Part shown: piece by piece, positions 1 through 9,892 of the stretch
Numbering within the stretch: the first letter of the stretch is position 1
How the letters are laid out: the number at the start of each line of letters is the position of its first letter
Assembly (NCBI GenBank): GCA_965215275.1
Contig: OZ244044.1
Span: 800,001-864,000 of the forward strand
Reading direction: 5' to 3'
Origin: Thermodesulfobacteriota bacterium
GTDB lineage: Bacteria > Desulfobacterota_D > UBA1144 > Nemesobacterales > JAJCZQ01
Length of the DNA: 64,000 nucleotides
Made by a program: the position numbers and the translations under genes
The notes under the pieces: generated by a model
Told to the model about the DNA's origin: nothing
The model's input: only the letters and a program-made list of their open reading frames with translations
The model's database searches: none

Positions 1-1
1 A

Positions 2-406
2 GCTAAAGATTATCAAACTAAACTTAATATTCAGTTAAAAGAGCGTAAGAAAACTCAATCAGAGAGAGATTATACTAAATTTATTTTTGAAGAAAACACT
101 TATGCTAAAAATCAATTAGTATTAGCTGTTATACAAAAATATGTTAAAGATAATCCCCCGCCAGATATAAATAATTTGCACAGAACATTTAATCGATCTC
201 CTGATAGAAAGAATTTATTTGCAGAATACGATTCCATGTCTGATCAAACAAAGAAGTCTCACTTTTGTAAAGACAATGAGTTATTAGAAGGGTTTTCCAA
301 TGGCAAAAAATATGCTGTTTATAGACATCATGAAGGTGATATGACTTGGATTAAAGAGATAGCTGAACAATTAGGTTATAACATTGAAACCATAAAAGAG
401 GATTAA
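2..406 (+). CDS. 3' part of a hypothetical protein (open from the window edge), possibly the C-terminal domain of a nuclease-associated protein
   Basis: Frame is open from position 2 (AKDYQTKLNIQLKERKK...RDYTKFIF...) to TAA at 404-406; the listed 76-aa ORF is only its tail. Family resemblance is from memory. Confidence 0.6.
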   Translation, partial: AKDYQTKLNIQLKERKKTQSERDYTKFIFEENTYAKNQLVLAVIQKYVKDNPPPDINNLHRTFNRSPDRKNLFAEYDSMSDQTKKSHFCKDNELLEGFSNGKKYAVYRHHEGDMTWIKEIAEQLGYNIETIKED

Positions 407-789
407 CTATAGGTAGAAAACAAAAATAATAAACATATAACAGAAACTTAAAAAAGATAACAAAATCAGTGTTATCTCCTAATTTTCAATTTATTCAAAT
501 CCAAAAACAAAGAATATAGCTAAAAAGGCAAAAAGAATAGAAATTATATAGGTAACTTTTTTGGGCTTCCTTACCCGAAAAATCGGGGCAAACAAACCCA
601 TTGATCTGTTCTCGGCATTAAGCAAGTGATAACAACACCTGATTTCACGATGATTCGTCCCATGTTGACGGAAGAGTAAACAGATTATCTTTAACCGCCA
701 CTTACTTGTTAGCCTGAGATTTTATCTCTATTCCTTTGCCAATATTCGAGAATTGGTTAAAATGAATTTTTCCACCCTATATGAAGTTT

Positions 790-1240
790 CTTTCATTAAG
801 AATATTGATATTTCTACTTGAATTTATATCCTTGTTTTATAAATAACTACAATACACATACAGTTAAATATTCTCTGATACAGAGGTAATGTGGAATTAA
901 TTCTTCCACAATCAGACCAAGTTCTTGTTGGATAATGAGAATTAACTAAAACTAACTTACCTCCAGCACTCTCATCCTTGTAAGTAAGTTACTCTTTAAT
1001 CTTTCCCCATTGCTGTTCTTTTATGAATTTAGACAGATGCGTGTGTTTTATCATATTTTGAATCTTGAAACCTTCTAACTTTATATGATTACACTTCTTT
1101 ACGATTTCAGAGTAGTTAATCTGTGTATAGAGTTAGTTTCACAATCAGTAGTTCATTCCCATTATGATAAAACCTTCTTCTTTCTGTCATTACTTCCTTT
1201 CTTAACCCTACTTATTACTCTCTGCCTACTTTTTTGGGGA
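790..1240 (-). pseudogene. tnpB: IS200/IS605-family TnpB, C-terminal remnant
   Basis: Manual translation: RQRVISRVKKGSNDRKKK...IVKKCNHIKLEGFKIQNMIKHTHLSKFIKEQQWG..*LTYKDESAGGKLVLVNSHYPTRTWSDCG...DINSSRNINIL. Matches TnpB RuvC-II/Zn-ribbon/RuvC-III; contains stops and frameshifts. Confidence 0.8.
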
Positions 1241-1279
1241 TTATATACAAAAATACAAAAGTCACAAAGCCCTAGACAG

Positions 1280-1480
1280 TTAAGCTTTCTTTGTAGGCTT
1301 AAATGGACGCATAAATGTTTCCCTTACTTGCCTCTTTGTCATACCTGACATATTGATTTTAGCTTCTCGCTCTGTCTTGCTAGGCTGATATTTATGTAGG
1401 TCAGTTTGATGGGCTTTGTTTTTGGTATCTTCTACTTTTTTTAGCTCCCTCTTTCTTGAACTTTGCTTTAAACCACTCAT
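1280..1480 (-). CDS. small basic hypothetical protein
   Basis: 66-aa ORF with AGAGGA upstream; YQPSKTE...MSGMT...FMRPF resembles small ORFs I recall beside IS1595-type elements (unverified). Confidence 0.4.
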   Translation of the reverse strand: MSGLKQSSRKRELKKVEDTKNKAHQTDLHKYQPSKTEREAKINMSGMTKRQVRETFMRPFKPTKKA

Positions 1481-1489
1481 AGGCGGTCC

Positions 1490-1976
1490 TCTGGTTGTTC
1501 TCTTTTGACCCGCGTACCTGCGTCACCAGATATAGTTAGAGGCAGTTCCTGAGCGATGTTATTCGCACCTTGATTACAAGCGCTGCACAAGGTCCGAAGG
1601 TTGTCAACTGAGTCAATATCTCCGTGGTTCCTGTCAACAATATGTGCGACATGTAGCCACGCCGGGCGGGTCCGAGCAACTATCTAAATTACCCGCCGCG
1701 ATGGTGTACATCTTGCAGGTATACCCCGTTTCATTCCAGTACTTGAACCCTAATTTTCTGTCTAACGGAGCGTGAGAATTAGACCGGAGGCTTTTGCTTA
1801 GGCGTAAGCGTAATTGTATAGTAAACAATCATAGCTGATTTTCTCTTAATCCTTCCGCTTCTCATCCAAGGTTCTATAGTCCTGACCATTGGCCTTATGC
1901 GGCTTGCATAACAGGCATCCTGCCCTGCGGTTTTTTGGTCTGCATCGCTTGTGATGCATTTTCTACCCTTCAGCAA
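1490..1976 (-). pseudogene. HNH endonuclease pseudogene
   Basis: Across frameshifts: RQKIRVQVLE*NG/YTCKM.../LHVAHIVDRNHGDIDSVDNLRTLCSACNQGANNI (HNH core); lies directly downstream of the REase. Confidence 0.75.
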
Positions 1977-1979
1977 TAG

Positions 1980-3200
1980 TTATGCTGTTTGTTGCTCTCG
2001 TACCATACCAATAAAGTCATCAACATTCATGAGCCAAGATCGCTGTGTTTCCTGATAGGTTGCATGTAGTTCTTGTGGAAGCACAAGCTGTAATCGGTGC
2101 ACTTTCATCTCTTTTGTCTGGTTTTCACTTATGCTTGGTTCCAGAGTAATCAGATGTTTATCTGGTATTCGGGCCGCTTCAGACAACACCTGCCGCCACC
2201 GATCCTTACAGGTCGATTTTACACCAAGCATGGCCAGCCGAGATGCAGGAAAACTCTTATTATGGTATTCAACTGCACCGGGGAACAGAAAGTCCGGCTT
2301 GGCGTTGTTTTCCGTTACCACTTGCCTGTCAAAATTCAAATCATGTGCTTTGAACAATTCCGCCAAGTGATGTTCAAATGCGTATCCAACACGCGACTTG
2401 CGTCTGTTCTGTACACTCGACGAAAACTTGATAAAACCATCTACATCAGCGCCCTCATCATTCCAGAAGCCGCTTTTCAGGCGGCTAGCCACGATATGCC
2501 GTTCCATACGGCGAAACAGTTTTTCTTCCTGATTCATCCATGCCAGCAAAACCATGTCCGGGTTGCCTTGCGCTTCGACTTCCGGAATGGTCTCACGTGC
2601 AAACGCCGAAAACTCTGCAGTCGTTGGGAACACACCAGAGTAGCACTCCAGCAAAGCATCAAGCTTGTCGCCCTCCGGCTCCTCGATCTCAATTCCCAGT
2701 TCTTCAAGAATAAAACGAGCAGCAAAATCAATTTGCGTGTCGCTCCCTTTCTCATAATCCCTGTACTCAAACTTTAAGTCGAGTTGAATTGGTACACCAA
2801 ACAACCATAACAGCTGATTTTCAACAGTGCTGTTCTGCGGGACCACAATTACCATCATTTCGTTATTGGGTCTTTTGGCCACAATCAGAAGATCGTCTTC
2901 CCCTGCTATTTCCATCACCGGATTGCTGTGGAAATACAAGCGGTGTTCCGAGCGGGTAAGGTGTTTTTCCCTTGCGTCATACCACGTTACAAATGAGTCC
3001 TCTGACAGCCCTTCATTTTCTTCACCAACCCATACAAACCGGGCCGGGCAGTCTGTCAGCCTTTCTTCTCCAAGAAGTTTTTTAAGAGGAATAACACCGT
3101 TAAACTCATGCTGGTTTGATCGACTCGGACTGGCCTCAACAGCTCTAAGCCGTTTGGCGGCAACACCTTCAAAATAATCGGATAGATACCTCTGTTTCAT
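1980..3200 (-). CDS. EcoRII-family type II(E) restriction endonuclease
   Basis: SNQHEFNG N-terminal effector-type domain; NRRKSR, KPDFLFP, KSTCKDRWRQ motifs of the EcoRII catalytic domain; next to a Dcm-like MTase. Confidence 0.9.
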   Translation of the reverse strand: MKQRYLSDYFEGVAAKRLRAVEASPSRSNQHEFNGVIPLKKLLGEERLTDCPARFVWVGEENEGLSEDSFVTWYDAREKHLTRSEHRLYFHSNPVMEIAGEDDLLIVAKRPNNEMMVIVVPQNSTVENQLLWLFGVPIQLDLKFEYRDYEKGSDTQIDFAARFILEELGIEIEEPEGDKLDALLECYSGVFPTTAEFSAFARETIPEVEAQGNPDMVLLAWMNQEEKLFRRMERHIVASRLKSGFWNDEGADVDGFIKFSSSVQNRRKSRVGYAFEHHLAELFKAHDLNFDRQVVTENNAKPDFLFPGAVEYHNKSFPASRLAMLGVKSTCKDRWRQVLSEAARIPDKHLITLEPSISENQTKEMKVHRLQLVLPQELHATYQETQRSWLMNVDDFIGMVREQQTA

Positions 3201-3210
3201 CTTCTTGCTA

Positions 3211-4821
3211 TTATCCCATTTCCGTTCCTGTTATATCAACTCTGCCTGCTCCGTTTCTTAACCATGTTGCGATTTCATCTATGACGCAATCAAGAGGCTG
3301 TTTTGTTCGCCCTTTCAAGGCACATTCCCAGACCGTCATTACACGCCAATTGTCGTCTTCAAGCGCAACCAGATTTTCCTGATCTCGCCGCAGCGTTCTC
3401 TCTATCTTGTTATGCCAAAATTCCTTTCTTGTCGATGGCAATTTAAAAAGGTGGCAATTGTGCTTGTGCCAGAAGCACCCGTTCACGAGTACAACAGCCT
3501 TGTATTTTGGGAATACCAAATCAGGTTTGCCCGGCAATTTACTGTTATGAAGAACATACCGAAAGCCTAGGGAATGCAGATGTTTTCGTATTAACAATTC
3601 CGGCTTTGTATCTTTTCCCCGTATGCCAGACATCATCTGGCTTCGTTTTTCCGGGGAAACAACATCATGCATAGCTTGCCTTGCCTGTTCCACAAGAACC
3701 TCCTGATCAAATACAAAGTCCAACTCTTTTTGGCCGTCAACACTCCTCATGGCATCTTGAATATGCGGAAGCATGTATTTAGCAACGGCTTCAACCACTG
3801 GAACCACAACAGCGTTTCCAAACTGCTTGTAAGCTTGTGTATCAAAGACTGGAATTTCAAATTTCGGCTTTCCCGGACCATCAAAACCCATCAGTCTTGC
3901 ACATTCACGCGGTGTCAAACGACGAGGACGTTTTCCACGCTGCTTAATTAGAATCTCCGACCCATCCTTGTAATAACGTGCAGACAGTGTTCTCGCTATA
4001 TCATTTGGCCCGACAAGACCGTAGCCGAAACCGTTACCCTTCGCACGATGCTTTGCAGCATAGTTCTGCAGGTACATCCAGAGTTTGTCTGACAATGTGT
4101 ATTTTGGATTAACCTTGCCTTTGGGAACTTCCGTAAATGGCTCCTCAGCCGGTTCACTGCCATCCTGCTTGTGCAGGATAGAAGACATTGTTGGACCATC
4201 TTCTATAGCGGGCAATTCAAGCTTGCTGAAATCAAACCCTGTATCCTTCCGGAACCCGGCGATAAAGATACGCTCCCGGTTTTGCGGGACAAAGCTTTTC
4301 GCGTTAATCACGCGCCAGTCAATGTTATACCCTAAATCCTGTTCAAGGGTCTTACAAATCACTTTGAACGTATTGCCCTTGTCATGACTAACAAGGTTTT
4401 TCACATTTTCCAGCAGGAATGCTGCCGGACGGTGGTGTGCAATAATCCTGGCAACCTCAAAAAACAGTGTTCCCTGTGCTTCACACATAAACCCGTGGGC
4501 ATGGCCCAATGCGTTCTTCTTGGATACACCAGCAATTGAAAACGGCTGACACGGAAAACCGGCTAGAAGGACATCATGCTCCGGAATCTGCTCTTCCGGG
4601 AACCCGATAATATCTCCTTCGACTTGGTGGTCGCAGTCATAATTCGCCTGATAGGTCTTCCGGCAAGCAATATCCCATTCGCTCGTAAAAATACATTGCC
4701 CGCCAATGTTATCGAACCCCACGCGCAGGCCTCCAATCCCTGCGAAGAGATCAATATATCGGAACATAGATTCTCCCTCTGGCTTTTTCGACCCATTAGT
4801 GATCTGAGCCAAAGTATCCAT
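3211..4821 (-). CDS. dcm: C5-cytosine DNA methyltransferase (Dcm/M.EcoRII-like) fused in frame to Vsr very-short-patch repair endonuclease
   Basis: [44 protein letters not shown]; Vsr part 3672-3211 ([41 protein letters not shown]). Likely start is ATG 4821 or 4767 (GGAG SD), not TTG 4935. Confidence 0.92.
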   Translation of the reverse strand: MDTLAQITNGSKKPEGESMFRYIDLFAGIGGLRVGFDNIGGQCIFTSEWDIACRKTYQANYDCDHQVEGDIIGFPEEQIPEHDVLLAGFPCQPFSIAGVSKKNALGHAHGFMCEAQGTLFFEVARIIAHHRPAAFLLENVKNLVSHDKGNTFKVICKTLEQDLGYNIDWRVINAKSFVPQNRERIFIAGFRKDTGFDFSKLELPAIEDGPTMSSILHKQDGSEPAEEPFTEVPKGKVNPKYTLSDKLWMYLQNYAAKHRAKGNGFGYGLVGPNDIARTLSARYYKDGSEILIKQRGKRPRRLTPRECARLMGFDGPGKPKFEIPVFDTQAYKQFGNAVVVPVVEAVAKYMLPHIQDAMRSVDGQKELDFVFDQEVLVEQARQAMHDVVSPEKRSQMMSGIRGKDTKPELLIRKHLHSLGFRYVLHNSKLPGKPDLVFPKYKAVVLVNGCFWHKHNCHLFKLPSTRKEFWHNKIERTLRRDQENLVALEDDNWRVMTVWECALKGRTKQPLDCVIDEIATWLRNGAGRVDITGTEMG

Positions 4822-4869
4822 TATTGTGGCTAAATGGTATTGCTTCGGGCGGATAATGTCAAGTGAATT

Positions 4870-5179
4870 TGTGACTTTATGTATATAATTTCCATCTTTT
4901 TTACTCTTTAAATATTCTAAATAGATTCTATCCAACCTATCTAAAACACTTCTTTGAACTTCGCAGTTAAACTTATCAAAATCTTTGTTTTTTTCTCTTA
5001 TCTTCCGTTAAGGAATTAAACTGGTCGTATTTAGATATGTTTTTCTTATACCATTTATAAGATTTTAATCTGTGATATAAAGTTCCATCGTATAAATCAG
5101 ATGATTGTCCTAATAACTCGTCTAACTTGTTATGAAAATTCTTACTCGTTTTTACTGTCTTACTTATCGTTCATAACAT
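4870..5179 (-). pseudogene. tnpB: IS200/IS605-family TnpB, N-terminal remnant
   Basis: [90 protein letters not shown], typical of the TnpB HTH/REC region; TGA at codon 3 and one frameshift. Confidence 0.7.
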
Positions 5180-5256
5180 CCTGATAATATTACTATAAAT
5201 CCACAGGTTCTCAAGTGCTTTACTTGCTTTTTTATCAACTTTCCTACATATTTCCT

Positions 5257-6537
5257 TTAAGAAAGAGAAAGTGCAGCCTTCAAATCTTCATGTTCGAAAG
5301 CCGAGGCCATGCGGTCGACCTCAACTTTCGTCAAACCCAGTCGTGCAGCCTCTTCGTGCCAGGTTCTGACGGCCATTCCAACTTCAGCGGCGATTGCATG
5401 CGCTTTGTCCTTATCCAGTTCAAAATATCCCGCCACGCTCATTGCAAGATCCAGAGAGGCCGAACTATCATCAAAATCAATAGCCGTTGTCAGAACACGT
5501 GGTTTGATATCCGCAGGCACTGGATTGAGATCATATGCCGGAGTCAATTGCCAACCGCCCGGACCGGTATAGAGGAAAGCGTGATTACGTAAATGATCAT
5601 CAGTGTTGGAGATCAGAATATTGAAAACGATACGCCGCCAAAGTTCATGCATATCCTGTATCAGTTTGGCACCATACTGGCGCAGTGCATCAACAAATTC
5701 GAGATAACTATGTAACTCGTTGTCGCTTGCCCCAAGCATACTCATGGCTGAAAGAAACGGAATACGTCCGCCTTGCACACGGTCGAAACGACGCAGCAGC
5801 AGTACCGGCTTGTTTAACACATGCTCAATTCGCCAGTCGGGCACGGAGATACCGGACTTTGCCGCAAGACGAAGTGCAACCCCTTCCCAGAGAACCTTAT
5901 TGATCTTATCATCCTTGTGTGGGAACTTAGCGATAGCAAGATGCCCATCCCGGTCCCTAACTGAGACCTTGGGACGTGCGCCACCCAATGACGAACCAGG
6001 AGCCAACAGCAGGTGCAAATCCTCGTCACTATCCGTACCATAAACGACATGTTCTGCTGCCGATAACAGTTGTGGTAAATCAATCAGGAACGGTACGCGT
6101 GATGTTTTATGTCCGGCAAGGAACGGTCCTCCTTCCTGACTGGCAAAGTGCAAGGCACCCTGACTGGCAAAGTGCAAGGCACCCTGACGGGCTTCATCAT
6201 CGACCCCGAGCAAACAGTCTATTTCCATCAAAGTGCGTGGCGTCTCACCCACACGCTCAGCCCGTCTTTGTTCAGTTCGGCACATTAGAACCCGCCCCCA
6301 GCGATCTGGGATGGAGTCGCTAACGGCACCAAACAGAGGTCTATCTGAAGTGGTATAAAATGGAACCGGGTCAAGCGTGAGGGCCGGTTCCAGAGCGAAA
6401 CGGTTTGCATAAGCGAGCCAACTCGTATCATATTCGAAGGTGGCACTTTCTCTGCCTTTGCGTACATGTGCCCACAAGCGTCCAGCCAGATGCAGCGTGC
6501 CACCAATCTCAACATAGACAAATACTTCTGTTTCCAT
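5257..6537 (-). CDS. hipA: HipA-family toxin kinase
   Basis: N-terminal HipA coupling domain; GSSLGGARPK, NTDDHLRNH, PAYDLNP motifs. Confidence 0.92.
   Translation of the reverse strand: METEVFVYVEIGGTLHLAGRLWAHVRKGRESATFEYDTSWLAYANRFALEPALTLDPVPFYTTSDRPLFGAVSDSIPDRWGRVLMCRTEQRRAERVGETPRTLMEIDCLLGVDDEARQGALHFASQGALHFASQEGGPFLAGHKTSRVPFLIDLPQLLSAAEHVVYGTDSDEDLHLLLAPGSSLGGARPKVSVRDRDGHLAIAKFPHKDDKINKVLWEGVALRLAAKSGISVPDWRIEHVLNKPVLLLRRFDRVQGGRIPFLSAMSMLGASDNELHSYLEFVDALRQYGAKLIQDMHELWRRIVFNILISNTDDHLRNHAFLYTGPGGWQLTPAYDLNPVPADIKPRVLTTAIDFDDSSASLDLAMSVAGYFELDKDKAHAIAAEVGMAVRTWHEEAARLGLTKVEVDRMASAFEHEDLKAALSLS
6135..6188. repeat. 24-bp in-frame tandem duplication in hipA
   Basis: cctgactggcaaagtgcaaggcac x2 + cctgac; gives QGALHFAS twice. 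Confidence 0.95.
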
Positions 6538-6777
6538 CAGGTTTTGCTCTTCTGTTCAGACCGGCGCAGGTTACGGATATGTTGAGGTAAACGTTCCCCT
6601 TCCAGTTCCAGAACCATCACATCCGCTCTGGCATTTGTCAGGTTGGCCCAATCGTTCTGCCATAACAACCGTGGGGATGCGCCGTCTTAATATAGCATCA
6701 CGGATATCCTAGCCAAGCTTGCGCAGAACCCGCCTGACCGGGGGCGGCATCATTAAATCCAGCCGAGTTTTGCTCAT
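6537..6777 (-). pseudogene. XRE/HipB-type antitoxin pseudogene
   Basis: MSKTRLDLMMPPPVRRVLRKLG*DIRDAILRRRIPTVVMAER then jumps to LANLTNARADVMVLELEGERLPQHIR; TAG at 6711-6709, HTH core apparently deleted; its TGA overlaps the hipA ATG. Confidence 0.8.
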
Positions 6778-7045
6778 TATTCCATCCATTATTATGGACA
6801 TATTATACTTTTACATTCAGAATTTTGAACATTTTCAGATTATTGTGAACTCCACATAACCTGATTCAGTTACATTACTCCATCTCACCCAGGTTTTTCA
6901 AAGATACTCTTTGAAAATGCTCACCGCGACCGCCATCACGAACAAGATTGCAAACAGCAAGACGATATAAATAACCTAGGTCGGAACCTAACAGTTGCAT
7001 TTCCAGATGATTAGCAAATAAATCATCAATTAATATATCTACACA

Positions 7046-8938
7046 CTACCTATTATCAGAAGAATCAGATCTGCCCCGACCTTCCGCATAATTTTTCATA
7101 CCGTCGCGCAAAATTTCCAAGAAGGTATGATTTCTGCTTTCAGCATCTGCCACAATGGCATCAAATGACACAACAAAAGTCGGGGTCGGAACAATTTTTA
7201 TTCCATCCGGATGTGGAGTTTCATATTCCTGATAAAAAACTATTCCTTTCGAAAAAAGGGGAGCCCATTTTAGTTGTCGAAGACGCAAATCCAAATTGTC
7301 ATTTATTTGCATTACTGCGTAATACCAAATTCTTTGGATATTTGGGCAGTGCTTCACCAGTTTTACAGCGCGGTCGAGTAACTGATTGATGGCAAATATA
7401 TTTTCTTTCTCATCATCTGTTTTTTTCTTGATTTCAACAACCACAACATCTACCACATTAGCATTAGACGGGTCTGCAGAGAATATCATAGCGATATCCG
7501 GCCTTCCTGTATCGCCTACTCTTTCATCATCAAGACGTATGGCCTTGATAATGGTATCCATTCGTTTCTCACTGAGGATGGTCTGGAACACCATAAACTT
7601 GTCATCAAGCAACCACGCGTTGTTCTGATATATTTCCGCCGGCATTAAGCCCTGTGCAAACTCCTTGTAACGAGGAACAATTAGGTTGTGAATATCCGAC
7701 TCAGCATTGCCTTCCGTCATGGTTTTCATGCGACTGATAATCTTGTCACGATACAAGATGTACTCCGTTAACGTACGAGATGACAGTTCAAGTGACTTAT
7801 CGTAGGTCGCCTCACTGAGCGTTTCGCATTGAAGTACTTCTTTCTGCTCTCGAAAAAATTCTTGTTGGGCAATGGTCAAAGCGTCGTCCCGATCAATTAG
7901 CCCAACGGTATCCTTTTCAAAGTATCCCAGCAAATGCGGGAATTTTTCTTCGAATTGTACTTTAGTCTGTTCGTTTTTCTCAGTAATCTGAGGAATGTTC
8001 TCTGACAATACCTTGCCTAATTCACGTATCAGTAAACGTTTTAGAGAATCTTCCTGTAATCCATCAGGCAGTACTAACTTTTGGCGAGCACTATCGGTAT
8101 TGGAGTGAAATGCTTCTGACTCAAACAGAAAAAAACACAAATAACCTATTGGAAATGAGGAAGTGGGAATTAGTTTAACTGGAACTGTTCGTCCATCAAT
8201 ACTGAAAGCGGTAAAAAAATCTCCTCCATCTTCCACCTGTTCGACATGAAAAAACATATCAATGGACAAAAAGATATCTAGGTTTTCATCCTTGATCGTT
8301 ACCTTGTTCATTGACGGTAAATCGTCTGATGTAATCGTGACGTCTTTAGAAAAAAAATCCTTTTGTTTGTTGCTTTCGCTGGGCACCAAGTTTAATACAA
8401 TTTTAAATATCACATCTTCACGCTTAAGGGCGTCAAGCGTAGGCAACAATTGTCTAATTATCATTGGCTTGAGAGTATTTGGATTCAAATCGTCATAAGC
8501 TTTAACTCGCTCTTTGGAAAAACCAGTAAATACCAACGATGTTCTGTTCTGCTGCTCGCCTTGAACATCAAGAACAGGCGCGTTGCCATCGAAACCTTCC
8601 TTAAATATAAAATTTCTCTTTTTCTGATCCCAAACACTGGAGATTTCGACCCGCTCAAAGTAGTTGAGAAAGACAAGACGACCTACCCCTTTATGAAGTT
8701 CGTCTCTGGGTTTCAACAGCGTTTTAAAACGGTCAAAGTTCTCATCGGTAAAACCTTCGCCATTGTCCGTCACAGTGACTTTCAATGTATTGGGTTTGTC
8801 AAATGCCTGTATCTCAATATCGATAGATACTTCAGTTGCACCGGCATCAAAAGCATTAGCCAAGGCCTCAAAATAGACCAAGGTTAAAGATGTATTGGGA
8901 AAAAACAGCTTGATAGCACCGGAGGTTTCAATATCCAT
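7046..8938 (-). CDS. GHKL (HATPase_c) ATPase with C-terminal PD-(D/E)XK-like nuclease domain, probably defence-associated
   Basis: EALANAFDA, DNGEGF, KGVGR (GHKL motifs); C-terminal RPDI...VVVEIKK. Confidence 0.75.
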   Translation of the reverse strand: MDIETSGAIKLFFPNTSLTLVYFEALANAFDAGATEVSIDIEIQAFDKPNTLKVTVTDNGEGFTDENFDRFKTLLKPRDELHKGVGRLVFLNYFERVEISSVWDQKKRNFIFKEGFDGNAPVLDVQGEQQNRTSLVFTGFSKERVKAYDDLNPNTLKPMIIRQLLPTLDALKREDVIFKIVLNLVPSESNKQKDFFSKDVTITSDDLPSMNKVTIKDENLDIFLSIDMFFHVEQVEDGGDFFTAFSIDGRTVPVKLIPTSSFPIGYLCFFLFESEAFHSNTDSARQKLVLPDGLQEDSLKRLLIRELGKVLSENIPQITEKNEQTKVQFEEKFPHLLGYFEKDTVGLIDRDDALTIAQQEFFREQKEVLQCETLSEATYDKSLELSSRTLTEYILYRDKIISRMKTMTEGNAESDIHNLIVPRYKEFAQGLMPAEIYQNNAWLLDDKFMVFQTILSEKRMDTIIKAIRLDDERVGDTGRPDIAMIFSADPSNANVVDVVVVEIKKKTDDEKENIFAINQLLDRAVKLVKHCPNIQRIWYYAVMQINDNLDLRLRQLKWAPLFSKGIVFYQEYETPHPDGIKIVPTPTFVVSFDAIVADAESRNHTFLEILRDGMKNYAEGRGRSDSSDNR

Positions 8939-9289
8939 AATTACTCCACTACTAACCGCACTTCTGCTGGGTCATGACATTGCGCTTGATGATCTTGCCC
9001 ACCGCTTGCTGTAGGTTCTGCATTGGTTCTTCCTTGCTAGGATGTTGTGCAATTAAACGACCATTGATCGGATAGAATCGGACAAGGTCTCCGTATTTAA
9101 TGCTTGTTCTGCATCTCTATTGTTTGGCATGGTCCAACTTTTTTGCCAATCCAGTTAAGCGTGTTTCTTTGCCATAACATATATTTTAGCTTACCTGAAC
9201 ATCTGTTCCAGTCAACTTGAACACCCGATGTCCAACTTTGCATTGTCTCACCGGTTTATTTTCCACATCTTCATATTCAGTCAATTGCC

Positions 9290-9700
9290 TGTGTCGGTCC
9301 AAGATAACACCGACCAGTGAGTTATTACAAATGGCAGCGTACCATTAATCGTTAGGTAGCTGACTTAATCATCAGCGTGGAGGAGCACCATGGCAGTCTT
9401 CCATAACCTTCATCAGATCGTCGCACTGGACCACGTTATGTAGTTTTAGGTCCCAAGCATCAATCAGTAACAGTTATCTATTTTAGCAAGTTGTGCCAAC
9501 AGTTCTCGGCAATTACTGTCCGTTTGGCCTCAGTGCCAAAATCAACCGGGACAGGTGGGTAATAACACACGCTGTAACCCTGCAAGAAGGCATTGTACCA
9601 TAGTGCACAAACAATGTAAGTCTTGTCGCTGCCACAAGGATTAGTAATTAGCATATTTCTAGGCACACTCAATATATTCCGACCCGACCTAGAACAACTT
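9290..9700 (-). pseudogene. istB: IS21-family IstB helper ATPase remnant
   Basis: NMLITNPCGSDKTYIVCAL (degenerate Walker A), LLLIDAWD, DDLMKVMED, SQLPND*WY...VILDR across frameshifts. Confidence 0.75.
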
Positions 9701-9892
9701 AGGCAATCTGGTTAACTGATGTTATGTGGATGCTGGAGTCAATATTTTACATAATAGTAGAGCGCAGTTTGAAGAATATCAGGCGGATGAGGCATATCGT
9801 GCTTCTGCAGTTGGTATCACCGTCACATAGAAACCATTGCGGTTGTTCAATTGAAAAATACTTGGAGGCACCTGCCAGTGCCAGACGCGTAA

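Noticed and set aside
1085..1348. 87-aa hydrophobic + strand ORF
   Set aside because: Antisense to the tnpB remnant.
4822..4935. TTG 4935 as the Dcm start
   Set aside because: This segment is mostly the tnpB remnant that happens to be in frame; ATG 4821 or 4767 is more plausible.
8940..9280. Intergenic sequence with short coding-like stretches
   Set aside because: No assignable homology by eye.
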